Shown here one piece after another: positions 1 through 11,379 of a stretch of 64,000 bases of DNA; within the stretch, counting starts at the first letter, position 1; each line of letters begins with the position of its first letter. A program made the translations under genes and the position numbers. Below the pieces are notes generated by a model, which searched no databases, was not told where the DNA came from, and saw only the letters and a program-made list of their open reading frames with translations. Source of the DNA: Candidatus Omnitrophota bacterium (GTDB lineage: Bacteria > Omnitrophota > Gorgyraeia > Gygaellales > Profunditerraquicolaceae); NCBI GenBank assembly GCA_016208765.1, contig JACQXK010000004.1:84243-148242 (forward strand). Direction: 5' to 3'.

Positions 1-3025
<3,025 letters not shown>

Positions 3026-3039
3026 ATTTAATCAGCCGC

Positions 3040-3273
3040 TTATTTATAAATATCAGGATTTATTCCCAACTTCTTGATCTTTACGCGCATAGTATTACGA
3101 TTTATCCCCAATATCCTTGCTGCTTTTAATTGATTGCCAAAGGTGCGTTCTAAGGCATATTCAAATAAAGGTTTTTCAATTATATCTAAAATTGCGCGAT
3201 ATACAAAGCCTTTTTTTTCCTTTAACAGGGATTCTTCAATTTCAATTAATTTTTCTTTTAGTCCATCAACCAT
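3040..3273 (-). CDS. Fis-family / NtrC-C-terminal-type HTH DNA-binding mini-protein (77 aa)
   Basis: C-terminal motif GNQLKAARILGINRNTMRVKIKKLGI is the HTH_8 (Fis/NtrC) signature. The gene sits directly upstream of gltB. Confidence 0.7.
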   Translation of the reverse strand: MVDGLKEKLIEIEESLLKEKKGFVYRAILDIIEKPLFEYALERTFGNQLKAARILGINRNTMRVKIKKLGINPDIYK

Positions 3274-3436
3274 GGCATATCCTGCTTAAAGTTTAGGCAA
3301 AGGATTTGTTAAAAAATAGAGGCGTCCATAACAGCCTAAGGTTAAGCTTTTATGAACGCCCCTTTGCGTTTAGTCTTAGTTTAGCACAACTGCGTGCCTT
3401 ATATTACAAGTAAATAAATTTCTTTCTTGGTAACTA
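3274..3436 (-). promoter_or_regulatory. Leader of the fis-like/gltB operon: bipartite motif plus hexaloop hairpin (AACGC-AAAGGG-GCGUU)
   Basis: Plus-strand TACAAGTAAA at 3405-3414 and TGGTAAC at 3428-3434 (23-nt offset, identical to three other leaders). The minus-strand RNA carries an A1/G4 hexaloop hairpin and a U-rich tract. Confidence 0.45.
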
Positions 3437-5659
3437 CTACTTTATAAAAAGCATCTCGCGGTACTTCGGCAGGTCCCAATGCTCGTCTGAGACTACCATT
3501 TCCAGATCATCAACATGCTTACGAATGTGATCCATTAACGGCTTCATTTCTTTATAATATACTTCTGCCCGTTTCTCCTGCTCCATTAAAGATGCTTTCT
3601 CTAAAAGCTTCTTTAATACTCCGGCATTACGCCTTACATAATAAATCTTTGCAACCACCTCATCTAAATGGTCTTTTAGATCCTCAAGCGCCTTTGTATC
3701 AGGCTTTAAACCGGTTTGTTTCTTCAAATTTGCCAAATCAATCAGGTTATCAGCCAATAATTTCTGATACTCAAAGCCTGCCGGAGCAACGCTTGCATTT
3801 ACCATTTCAATTAAAGTGTTTGCCTCAATTTCAAGGGTCAGGTTATACATGTGAATCCAAATATGGTAACGCGCAACCAGCTCTTCCTTGGATAAAACTT
3901 TATATTTTTCAAAGAGGGCTATATTTTCCTTTTTAATAAAAGCCTCTAATGCCTCAAATGTAGCAGCAACATTAGGAAGCCCTCTTTTCGTTGCCTCTTT
4001 TAACCACTCCTCAGAATAATTATTTCCCTCAAAACGCACATCCTTGGTTTCTTTAACCACCTGTGCAATTACCTGCAATACCGCAGAATTAAAATCTTTA
4101 CCGCTTGCCTGCGCTTTTTTGATTTTATCAGCAACATAATCAAGGGAGTCGGCAATAATGGTATTAATTACCGTAATTGATGTAGAAATATTCTGGGATG
4201 AACCTACGGCGCGAAATTCAAATTTCTGCCCGGTAAAAGCAAAAGGAGAAGTGCGGTTCCTGTCGGTTGAATCCTTGCTAAAAGTAGGCAGCCGGGCAAT
4301 TCCAAAATCAATAATATCGCTTTTTGAGATCTGCTTCTTTGTGCCTTTTTCAATCGTATCCAAAACGCGCGACAGCTGATCCCCCAGGAAAACACTGATA
4401 ATTGCAGGAGGAGCTTCATTTGCTCCTAAACGATGCTCGTTTCCGGCAAGAGCGACACTTGCGCGCAAAAGATCGGCATGCAGATAAACCGCTCTTAAAA
4501 CCGCGGACAACACTGCTAAAAACTGCAGGTTATCTTCCGGCGTTTGCCCGGGATTAAGCAGGTTGTTTCCTTTATCATCAGCTAACGACCAATTCAAATG
4601 CTTTCCGCTGCCGTTTATCCCTGCAAAAGGCTTCTCGTGTAAGAGGCAAACTAAATTATGGCGCAAAGCGACTTTCTTCATCAATTCCATCAAAAGCTGG
4701 TTGTGGTCAGCAGCAATGTTAGATTCCTCAAAAATCGGGGCAAACTCATATTGATGAGGCGCAACTTCATTATGCCTGGTCATTACGGGAATTCCTAACT
4801 TATACGCTTCCTCAGCAACTTCAAACATAAAATTCAAAACCCGCTCTTTAATTGTCCCGAAATATTGATCCTCTAACTGCTGGCCTTTAGGAGATGCTGC
4901 TCCTACAAGCGTCCTTCCGGTAAGCAAAAGATCCTGCCTTAGGTTATAATAATTTTTATCAATCAGAAAATACTCCTGCTCAGGGCCGCAGGTTGAAAAA
5001 ATCTTTTTAATATCTTTATGCCCGAAAACTTCCAGCAAATTCTTGGCTGCCTTGTTTAAAGCCTCGTCGGAACGTAAAAGCGGCAGTTTCTTATCCAAGG
5101 CCTCACCGTGATAAGAAATAAATATTGTCGGAATACAAAGGGTTTTCCCTAACTTACTCTCAATGATAAATGCCGGGCTTGAGGGATCCCATGCAGTATA
5201 TCCTCTTGCTTCAAAAGTAGCACGGATACCACCGGAAGGAAATGAGCTTGCATCCGGTTCGCCCTGAATAAGCTTTGATCCGGAAAATTTTTCAATCACC
5301 TTGCCCGGGCCGGTAATAGAAATAAAACTATCGTGCTTCTCTGCGGTCAAGCCGGTCATCGGCTGAAACCAGTGTGTGTAATAAGTAGCCCCTTTTGAAA
5401 TTGCCCACTCTTTCATGGCGTTGGCAATCTCATTAGCCTGTTCTTTGGAAATTTGTTTGCCCTCAGACATCCACGTCTTAAATGCCTCAAAGGTTGCATT
5501 GGAAATATACTTTTGCATAGTTTCAATATTAAAAGTATTCTCTCCAAAGTAAGCGGATACTTTTTCCGGCAAGTCCACCGTTTCTATTTCTATGCTCTTT
5601 ATCTTGGTCAACAACTCCTGTCTGATACCCATAAAAACCTCCACATAGTTAATGCGCAC
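3437..5659 (-). CDS. glnN: Glutamine synthetase type III (GSIII)
   Basis: 740 aa, the typical GSIII length. Catalytic-domain motifs include MTRHNEVAPHQYEFAPIFEE and the NGSGKH region. The gene lies in a nitrogen-gene neighbourhood. Confidence 0.85.
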   Translation of the reverse strand: MRINYVEVFMGIRQELLTKIKSIEIETVDLPEKVSAYFGENTFNIETMQKYISNATFEAFKTWMSEGKQISKEQANEIANAMKEWAISKGATYYTHWFQPMTGLTAEKHDSFISITGPGKVIEKFSGSKLIQGEPDASSFPSGGIRATFEARGYTAWDPSSPAFIIESKLGKTLCIPTIFISYHGEALDKKLPLLRSDEALNKAAKNLLEVFGHKDIKKIFSTCGPEQEYFLIDKNYYNLRQDLLLTGRTLVGAASPKGQQLEDQYFGTIKERVLNFMFEVAEEAYKLGIPVMTRHNEVAPHQYEFAPIFEESNIAADHNQLLMELMKKVALRHNLVCLLHEKPFAGINGSGKHLNWSLADDKGNNLLNPGQTPEDNLQFLAVLSAVLRAVYLHADLLRASVALAGNEHRLGANEAPPAIISVFLGDQLSRVLDTIEKGTKKQISKSDIIDFGIARLPTFSKDSTDRNRTSPFAFTGQKFEFRAVGSSQNISTSITVINTIIADSLDYVADKIKKAQASGKDFNSAVLQVIAQVVKETKDVRFEGNNYSEEWLKEATKRGLPNVAATFEALEAFIKKENIALFEKYKVLSKEELVARYHIWIHMYNLTLEIEANTLIEMVNASVAPAGFEYQKLLADNLIDLANLKKQTGLKPDTKALEDLKDHLDEVVAKIYYVRRNAGVLKKLLEKASLMEQEKRAEVYYKEMKPLMDHIRKHVDDLEMVVSDEHWDLPKYREMLFIK

Positions 5660-5868
5660 TTACGCCATTCCACATAAGCGTAATGTGCCTGTTATTTGTT
5701 ATATTCTACTATATTTTCCAGAAAAAACAAAGGCGTTCTTTTTATTAAGAACGCCTGCGTTCAAATTCGTTGTGTTGGCACTGCAATGTACCATAGCATA
5801 ATTCCTGCTCTACTCTTATTACAAGTAAACTTGTATCTATTTTGGTAACAAACTTTTAGTGGAACTAA
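5660..5868 (-). promoter_or_regulatory. glnN 5' leader: putative promoter motif, ANTAR-type dual hexaloop hairpins and an intrinsic terminator (attenuator)
   Basis: Plus-strand motif TACAAGTAAA 5820-5829 / TGGTAAC 5843-5849. Minus-strand RNA: P1 UGGUAC-AUUGCA-GUGCCA (5776-5793); P2 GAAC-GCAGGC-GUUC (5749-5763), sharing GGCGUUC with the terminator GGCGUUCUU-AAUAAA-AAGAACGCC (5732-5755) followed by UUUGUUUUUU. Confidence 0.6.
5732..5755 (-). terminator. Leader intrinsic terminator (attenuator) upstream of glnN
   Basis: Perfect 9-bp stem GGCGUUCUU/AAGAACGCC with a 6-nt loop, followed on the minus-strand RNA by UUUGUUUUUU. Confidence 0.6.
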
Positions 5869-6117
5869 TTATCCAATAGCAAGAGAGCCTCTCTCCCCTG
5901 TGCGTATGCGCACGCATTCAGATAACTCCATAACAAATATCTTACCGTCTCCTGTTGAGCCGCTTTTAGCGCCGTTAATAATGGCGTTAATGGCTGGTTC
6001 AAGGAAATTATCATTTACAGCTATTTCAAGACGGATCTTACGCAGGAGATTACCTGTTTCTTTGGCTCCGCGATAAACCTCGGTAACACCCTTTTGCCGA
6101 CCATGGCCCAAGCACAA
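5869..6117 (-). CDS. glnK: PII nitrogen regulatory protein (GlnK/GlnB), N-terminally truncated copy 1; it starts at the T-loop and lacks about 34 N-terminal residues
   Basis: [17 protein letters not shown]...[23 protein letters not shown] aligns to PII residues ~35-112. No MKKIEAII-type N-terminus is present in any frame upstream. The 5' end overlaps the tail of the amtB1 ORF by 68 nt. Confidence 0.6.
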   Translation of the reverse strand: MCLGHGRQKGVTEVYRGAKETGNLLRKIRLEIAVNDNFLEPAINAIINGAKSGSTGDGKIFVMELSECVRIRTGERGSLAIG

Positions 6118-7246
6118 ATTTATAGATCACAATTGTCCCGACAAACGTAAAACCAACAGCAACCGCAACACCCAGCAATTGAATAAACAGTTGTTTTGGA
6201 TTCCCAAAAAACAATCCGTCAGCTCCGGCAGGGTTAATCGCTTTTGAAGCAAACAAACCTGTGGCAATGGTCCCTAATATCCCGCCTACACCATGCACGC
6301 CAAAGGCATCAAGAGAATCGTCATAATTAAACATTGGTTTAATCAGCGCAACGGAGATAAAACAAAAAATACTTGCCAAAACCCCGATGATCAAAGCAGA
6401 TAGCGGGCTGACAAAACCACAAGCAGGCGTAATAGTAGCTAAACCGGCAATTATTCCGGTGACAGTCCCAAAGACCGTAGGTTTTCCATTGCGGATCCAC
6501 TCAAGCACCGCCCAGCTTAAACCTGCGCTTGCAGCAGCGGTATTTGTAACCACAAATGCATTGGCTGCCAAGCCATTTGCCGCAAGAGCGCTTCCTGCGT
6601 TAAAACCAAACCATCCAAACCAGAGCAATGCTGTTCCCAAAACCACTAAGGGCAAATTATGCGGAGCTGGCAAATGATGATCCATATTCTTACGCTTACC
6701 TATAATTATTGCCGTAACTAAAGCTGTAATCCCGGCGCTGGTATGCACAACAATCCCTCCTGCAAAATCAAGAACGCCCAAATTCTTTAACCATCCTCCA
6801 TCACCCCAAACCCAATGACAAAGCGGATCATACACAAAAGTCGCCCAAAGAAGCGTAAACACCAAAAAAGCAGAGAATCTTATTCTCTCAGCAAAAGCAC
6901 CAATAATCAGAGCTGGAGTGATCACAGCAAACATTGATTGAAAAGACATAAAAGCAATATGAGGTATAGTTACGCCATACGCTGCATAAGGTTCTGTTCC
7001 TACTCCAATCAAACCCAACCACGATAAACCACCCCAGAAACCTTTTCCCGGAGCAAAAGAAAGGCTATAACCAAAGATTACCCATTGCACGCTTAAAAGG
7101 CATATTGCCACAAAACACTGCATCAACACACTCAAAACATTTTTTCGCCTGACCATCCCTCCATAGAAGAAAGCCAGACCCGGAGTCATCAGCAAAACCA
7201 GGGCTGTTGAAAACAAAACCCATGCCGTATCACCTGAATTAATCAT
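6050..7246 (-). CDS. amtB: Ammonium transporter AmtB, copy 1; its 3' end runs out of frame into glnK
   Basis: 398 aa with full Amt/MEP conservation (FFYGG, HNLP..., GFNAGSA). The C-terminal tail ...[19 protein letters not shown] is the glnK T-loop region read in the -1 frame. Confidence 0.85.
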   Translation of the reverse strand: MINSGDTAWVLFSTALVLLMTPGLAFFYGGMVRRKNVLSVLMQCFVAICLLSVQWVIFGYSLSFAPGKGFWGGLSWLGLIGVGTEPYAAYGVTIPHIAFMSFQSMFAVITPALIIGAFAERIRFSAFLVFTLLWATFVYDPLCHWVWGDGGWLKNLGVLDFAGGIVVHTSAGITALVTAIIIGKRKNMDHHLPAPHNLPLVVLGTALLWFGWFGFNAGSALAANGLAANAFVVTNTAAASAGLSWAVLEWIRNGKPTVFGTVTGIIAGLATITPACGFVSPLSALIIGVLASIFCFISVALIKPMFNYDDSLDAFGVHGVGGILGTIATGLFASKAINPAGADGLFFGNPKQLFIQLLGVAVAVGFTFVGTIVIYKFVLGPWSAKGCYRGLSRSQRNR

Positions 7247-7464
7247 AACCAGCCTCCTCCTTATTTGCCTTATCTAAAAAACAAAGGCGTCCTTTAAATA
7301 AAGAACGCCTGCGTTCAATTTATGCTGTAACTGCTTCCGCACTCCGACGTGCTTAAGCATAAATCCATTAAAGCTGAGTTATAAGAAAAATACCCAACTT
7401 TTCGGATTATTATAAGTACAAGTAAAGAATTGGCTGTTTTGGTAACCCTTTTTTATCCTTTTTT
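7247..7464 (-). promoter_or_regulatory. amtB1 5' leader: bipartite motif, hexaloop hairpin and terminator (ANTAR-type attenuator)
   Basis: Plus-strand TACAAGTAAA 7417-7426 / TGGTAAC 7440-7446. P2 palindrome gaacgcctgcgttcaa at 7304-7319 overlaps the terminator ggcgtccttt...aagaacgcc (7286-7310), which is preceded on the plus strand by aaaaaacaaa (a U-tract on the RNA). Confidence 0.55.
7286..7310 (-). terminator. Leader intrinsic terminator upstream of amtB1
   Basis: Stem GGCGUUCUUU/AAAGGACGCC followed by UUUGUUUUUU on the minus-strand RNA. Confidence 0.55.
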
Positions 7465-7713
7465 CTATCCTATTGCCATCACCCCCCTCTCCTCAGTACG
7501 TATACGTATGCATTCAGATAACTCCATAACAAATATCTTACCGTCTCCTGTTGAGCCGCTTTTAGCACCGTTAATAATGGCGTTAATGGCTGGTTCAAGG
7601 AAATTATCATTTACAGCTATTTCAAGACGGATCTTACGCAGGAGATTACCTGTTTCTTTGGCTCCGCGATAAACCTCGGTAACACCCTTTTGCCGACCAT
7701 GGCCCAAGGCCAC
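7465..7713 (-). CDS. glnK: PII nitrogen regulatory protein (GlnK), N-terminally truncated copy 2
   Basis: (IV)[19 protein letters not shown]...[14 protein letters not shown]. It begins 5 nt after the amtB2 stop and again starts at the T-loop. About 190 nt are ~98 % identical to copy 1. Confidence 0.6.
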   Translation of the reverse strand: MALGHGRQKGVTEVYRGAKETGNLLRKIRLEIAVNDNFLEPAINAIINGAKSGSTGDGKIFVMELSECIRIRTEERGVMAIG

Positions 7714-7721
7714 AATACTAA

Positions 7722-8951
7722 TTATTCTAAAACAGTATACGCGCTTTCACGGTGCTGGGTAAGGTCTAAACCGATAACCTCATCCTTCTCTGATACCCTG
7801 ATACCAATAAACAGATCCACCAATTTATAAATAACAAAAGTTGTAACAGCAGTATAAACAATGGTAACAAGCACTGTTATTAACTGCACCAAAAATTGTT
7901 TTGGATTCCCAAAAAATAATCCGTCAGCTCCGGCAGGGTTAATTGCCTTTGAAGCGAAGAGCCCTGTTGCCAAAGCGCCCCAAATCCCACCCACACAATG
8001 CACGCCAAAAGCATCCAGCGCATCGTCATATCCTAATCTCGGCTTTATGATCGTTACTGCCACAAAACAAAACACGCTTACTAATAACCCGATCACAATT
8101 GCCGGCACCACCCCCACGTAACCGGCTGCAGGAGTAATTGCCACAAGCCCTGCTACTGCGCCGCTGACTGTTCCAAAAAGAGTAGGCTTACCATTACGCA
8201 ACCATTCAATCAGCGCCCAGGAAAGTCCTGCAGCAGCAGCCGCAGTATTAGTAACCACAAACGCGTTTACTGCCAAGCCATTTGCCGCAAGAGCACTTCC
8301 TGCGTTAAAACCAAACCATCCGAACCAAAGTAATGCCGTACCTAAAACTACAAAAGGCAAATTATGCGGAGCAGGCAAATGATGATCAAGATTTTTCCTG
8401 CGGCCGATTACAAGCGCTGTTACAATAGCTGCAATTCCAGCGTTAATATGCACAACTGTTCCGCCTGCAAAATCCAAAGCTCCTAAATTTCTTAAAAATC
8501 CTCCTATGCCCCACACCCAATGGCAAAGCGGATTATACACAAAAGTCGCCCAGAGAATTGTAAAAACTAAAAACGCCGAAAATTTCATCCTCTCGGCAAA
8601 AGCTCCAATAATAAGCGCCGGCGTAATAATTGCGAACATCGCCTGAAAGATCATAAATGCCTGATGAGGAATTGTTCCTGCATAATCTGCATACGGCTCA
8701 AGGCCCACGCCATTTAAAGCAAACCAACTAAATCCTCCCCAAAAGCCTTTTCCGGGAGCAAATGACAAGCTATAACCGAATAAAACCCATTGCAGGCTTA
8801 AAACACAAAGCACAATAAAACACTGCATCAGAACCCCGAGAATATTCTTGCGCCTGACCATACCCCCATAAAAAAATGCCAGGCCCGGCGTCATAAGCAT
8901 TACTAACGCCGTAGACATCAACACCCATGCTGTATCACCTGCATTAATCAT
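7722..8951 (-). CDS. amtB: Ammonium transporter AmtB, copy 2, with an intact C-terminal tail
   Basis: 409 aa, about 75 % identical to copy 1. It has the canonical cytoplasmic tail ...[26 protein letters not shown]. Confidence 0.9.
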   Translation of the reverse strand: MINAGDTAWVLMSTALVMLMTPGLAFFYGGMVRRKNILGVLMQCFIVLCVLSLQWVLFGYSLSFAPGKGFWGGFSWFALNGVGLEPYADYAGTIPHQAFMIFQAMFAIITPALIIGAFAERMKFSAFLVFTILWATFVYNPLCHWVWGIGGFLRNLGALDFAGGTVVHINAGIAAIVTALVIGRRKNLDHHLPAPHNLPFVVLGTALLWFGWFGFNAGSALAANGLAVNAFVVTNTAAAAAGLSWALIEWLRNGKPTLFGTVSGAVAGLVAITPAAGYVGVVPAIVIGLLVSVFCFVAVTIIKPRLGYDDALDAFGVHCVGGIWGALATGLFASKAINPAGADGLFFGNPKQFLVQLITVLVTIVYTAVTTFVIYKLVDLFIGIRVSEKDEVIGLDLTQHRESAYTVLE

Positions 8952-8969
8952 CTCTTTCCTCCTTTTTGA

Positions 8970-9767
8970 TTAAAAATCCATATCCAGCTGAAAAGTAACT
9001 GTATTTCTTAAATTTTTATTATTGTAAATGTCGTAACCAAATATCGCGGAAATATTGTTTGTGAACTTCCATGAAAAACCAACGTTAAGCGCCCCATAAG
9101 AAGATTGCGTTCCCTGATAATCAACACACAGCCAAAGTTTATCAGATATTTCTGACATGGTGCGCTCCCAGGCAAATAGCGGCCCGATATTGTCCCGTTC
9201 AGAATCTTTATCCCTTAATAATTTGGCGTTACCGTTAAAATATCCGGCGGAGAATCTGCCCAAATTAAACTTGCCAATATTAATTGTTTTTGCCCCTCTA
9301 AGATACCAAACATTATTATTTGTTTTATTGCGTTTTGTGCCGACATCATACACGCCGATGGCAAATGCTGGCATATTCTTAAAATAAGCATCCTCAGGCA
9401 CAGCCGCTTTAAAATTAAAGTAAAACGGATATGTATCTAATGATGAACCAAATCCTTTCTTATAATCAAACCCTGTTTCAGCCATAATTTTCCCTAAAGG
9501 CTGCCAAACACGCCCCAATAAATTATCTTCAGGTTTGTCAGACAAAAGGCTGAACGTAGAGCCATAGACTTGCTGAATATATGTTTTTATTTCATTCTTG
9601 TCTTTGCTTCTTACCGGGAAATACAAATCAGAGCCGATATGTATTTTCTTATATGGCTGGATATCTGTAGATGGCGACCAGATCAAAGTTGTAGGCGTAG
9701 CGAAAACAATTGCCGCATTTAAAACAAAAAACATCAAACCAAGAATTATTACACCCGTTTTTTTCAT
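8970..9767 (-). CDS. Putative outer-membrane beta-barrel protein (signal peptide; C-terminal ...QLDMDF)
   Basis: N-terminal hydrophobic signal peptide, alternating beta-strand pattern and a C-terminal aromatic residue. It shares an operon with amtB2. Confidence 0.45.
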   Translation of the reverse strand: MKKTGVIILGLMFFVLNAAIVFATPTTLIWSPSTDIQPYKKIHIGSDLYFPVRSKDKNEIKTYIQQVYGSTFSLLSDKPEDNLLGRVWQPLGKIMAETGFDYKKGFGSSLDTYPFYFNFKAAVPEDAYFKNMPAFAIGVYDVGTKRNKTNNNVWYLRGAKTINIGKFNLGRFSAGYFNGNAKLLRDKDSERDNIGPLFAWERTMSEISDKLWLCVDYQGTQSSYGALNVGFSWKFTNNISAIFGYDIYNNKNLRNTVTFQLDMDF

Positions 9768-9966
9768 TTATTGCATCCTCCTTTTAAAATAAAAAGCGCC
9801 TTTCTATCCAACACTGGAAAAAGAAAGACGCCCGCGTCTTAAAACCACCCTATAAACAAAAAAGCGTTCTTTATAGAACGCCCATGTCTTATACACCTCT
9901 GTGTGTATTTGCTGCGAAATATTGCACTTACATCAATACAAGTAAAAACCCTCTTTATCTGGTAAC
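9768..9966 (-). promoter_or_regulatory. Leader of the OMP-amtB2 operon: bipartite motif, hexaloop hairpin and two tandem terminators
   Basis: Plus-strand TACAAGTAAA 9937-9946 / TGGTAAC 9960-9966. Hexaloop AGAC-AUGGGC-GUUCU. Terminator 1 gcgttctttatagaacgc at 9855-9883 and terminator 2 aagacgcccgcgtctt at 9816-9840, each followed by U-tracts on the RNA. Confidence 0.5.
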
Positions 9967-10521
9967 CTAATCCAGGTATTTTTTACACTTTCCCCTGATA
10001 CTTGCCATCATTTTCACTACGCGCACATGAGAAACTCCGCAGCATTTTCCGATTTCTCTTGTAGTCAGCCCCTCGGAAAATAACCTTAGAAGCTGTTTTT
10101 CCCGGGTTGTAAAACCGTTGTTATGAATAGTTTCAGCAAGTAATTTACTGTTTAAAGTATCAAGAAAATTATCCGCAGAGGTATCCCTAAGAAGCAAGGA
10201 CTCCTCAAAATTGTTCCCCTCCTGATTAACAATTGCCTCAATACTTACAAGCCTTGATTTATCTTTTATCTTACGTAAATAATTCCTTAAATGAAAATAG
10301 CAGCCCTGTAATACATAGCTATCGGTCTTATCTGTCAGCTTTCCGGATGAGTAATCCTGCCAAAGATGCACAAGCGCCTCCTGATAAAGATCGTCATCCC
10401 CAAGAAAACGGCAGTAGCCGTTTAATTTATAGGTAATCCGCCTTAAAACAGGAGAAATCTTCTTTACTATTTGTTCAAATTCCATACCCCTCATCCTTAT
10501 AGAAAACAAAAAAGCGCCCAT
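9967..10521 (-). CDS. RNA polymerase sigma factor, sigma-70 family (ECF-like, 184 aa)
   Basis: Region-2-like DDLYQEALVHLWQ and region-4 HTH LTTREIGKCCGVSHVRVVKMMASIRGK. Confidence 0.6.
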   Translation of the reverse strand: MGAFLFSIRMRGMEFEQIVKKISPVLRRITYKLNGYCRFLGDDDLYQEALVHLWQDYSSGKLTDKTDSYVLQGCYFHLRNYLRKIKDKSRLVSIEAIVNQEGNNFEESLLLRDTSADNFLDTLNSKLLAETIHNNGFTTREKQLLRLFSEGLTTREIGKCCGVSHVRVVKMMASIRGKCKKYLD

Positions 10522-10653
10522 AATCCATTGCTGGATAAAGGACGCCTCAGTCCAAAAAAAAGCCTTCGCGGCATATTAACTTTGCCTTGAAGACCTCTGT
10601 GTCTCTATTACATCACTGTAATTAATTAAAGTTTACCACAAAATACCTTCTTG

Positions 10654-11376
10654 TCAAGTTTTACCTTTAATATCTCTGGCTAAAATAATTGCCTCGGCTA
10701 TTTCGCGCATGGTTTTACGGGTGTCCATGCTTTGTTTCTGGATCAGGCGAAATGCCTCAGAAGAAGAAATATTGGCTTCCTGAGAAAGAATGTCTTTTGC
10801 GCGTTCAATAAGCTTACGTGTGGTCAGGGCTTCTTCGGCGCTTCGCGCACGCAGGTCAAGCTCGGCATTTTCAATTGCTACTGCCGCCTGATTTGCAAGT
10901 GCGGTTAAAACATCCATCTCCTGTTTGGAGAATTTATGTTTTTTAGATGTGTAACAGTTTAATACCCCGATTACTTTGGATTTAACCGATAGAGGAACGC
11001 ATGCCAAAGAAACCAGATTCTCAGCCTTTGCAATATCGCGGTTTAAATAACCCGCATCCTTACGCACATCCTCCACGTAAACCGCCTTGTTTTCCAAAGC
11101 AACAACTCCGGCAATCCCCTGGCCTAATTTGATATTTGGTTTTTTATTATATGCTTCTGAGATAGATTGTGTTGCCCGCACCACCAGTTCTTTTTTCTCA
11201 GGATCAAGCAGTAAAAGCGAGGAAACCTTGGAATTCATCACCTCGGCAGTGACCTGCACCACCAAACGCAGCAATTCATCCAAATACAAACCTGAAGTGA
11301 TCAGGTTAGCTATTTTGGAAAGCGCCTCAATCTGTTTAACATAAATTTGATAGTGCCGGGCTTTAGTAGTAGACAT
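10654..11376 (-). CDS. GAF-ANTAR transcription antitermination regulator
   Basis: N-terminal GAF-like sensor. The C-terminal ANTAR domain (...LTTRKLIERAKDILSQEANISSSEAFRLIQKQSMDTRKTMREIAEAII...) matches the AmiR/NasR family. Confidence 0.75.
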   Translation of the reverse strand: MSTTKARHYQIYVKQIEALSKIANLITSGLYLDELLRLVVQVTAEVMNSKVSSLLLLDPEKKELVVRATQSISEAYNKKPNIKLGQGIAGVVALENKAVYVEDVRKDAGYLNRDIAKAENLVSLACVPLSVKSKVIGVLNCYTSKKHKFSKQEMDVLTALANQAAVAIENAELDLRARSAEEALTTRKLIERAKDILSQEANISSSEAFRLIQKQSMDTRKTMREIAEAIILARDIKGKT

Positions 11377-11379
11377 AAT

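Noticed and set aside
5819-5850. Sigma-54 (-24/-12) promoter upstream of glnN and amtB
   Set aside because: Neither strand gives TGGCAC-N5-TTGC with the required GG/GC spacing. No NtrC or RpoN gene is present in the window, and the ANTAR attenuators explain the nitrogen control instead.
6387-8121. Plus-strand ORFs 6387..6677 and 7861..8121
   Set aside because: They are antisense shadows of the two amtB genes; the Ala/Gly-rich translations arise from the GC-richer membrane-protein codons.
10522-10653. Fifth full bipartite motif upstream of the sigma-factor gene
   Set aside because: Only a hexaloop hairpin (GGAC-UGAGGC-GUCC) and U-tracts are present. The TACAAGTAAA/TGGTAAC pair is absent, so this is not counted as a confirmed regulon member.
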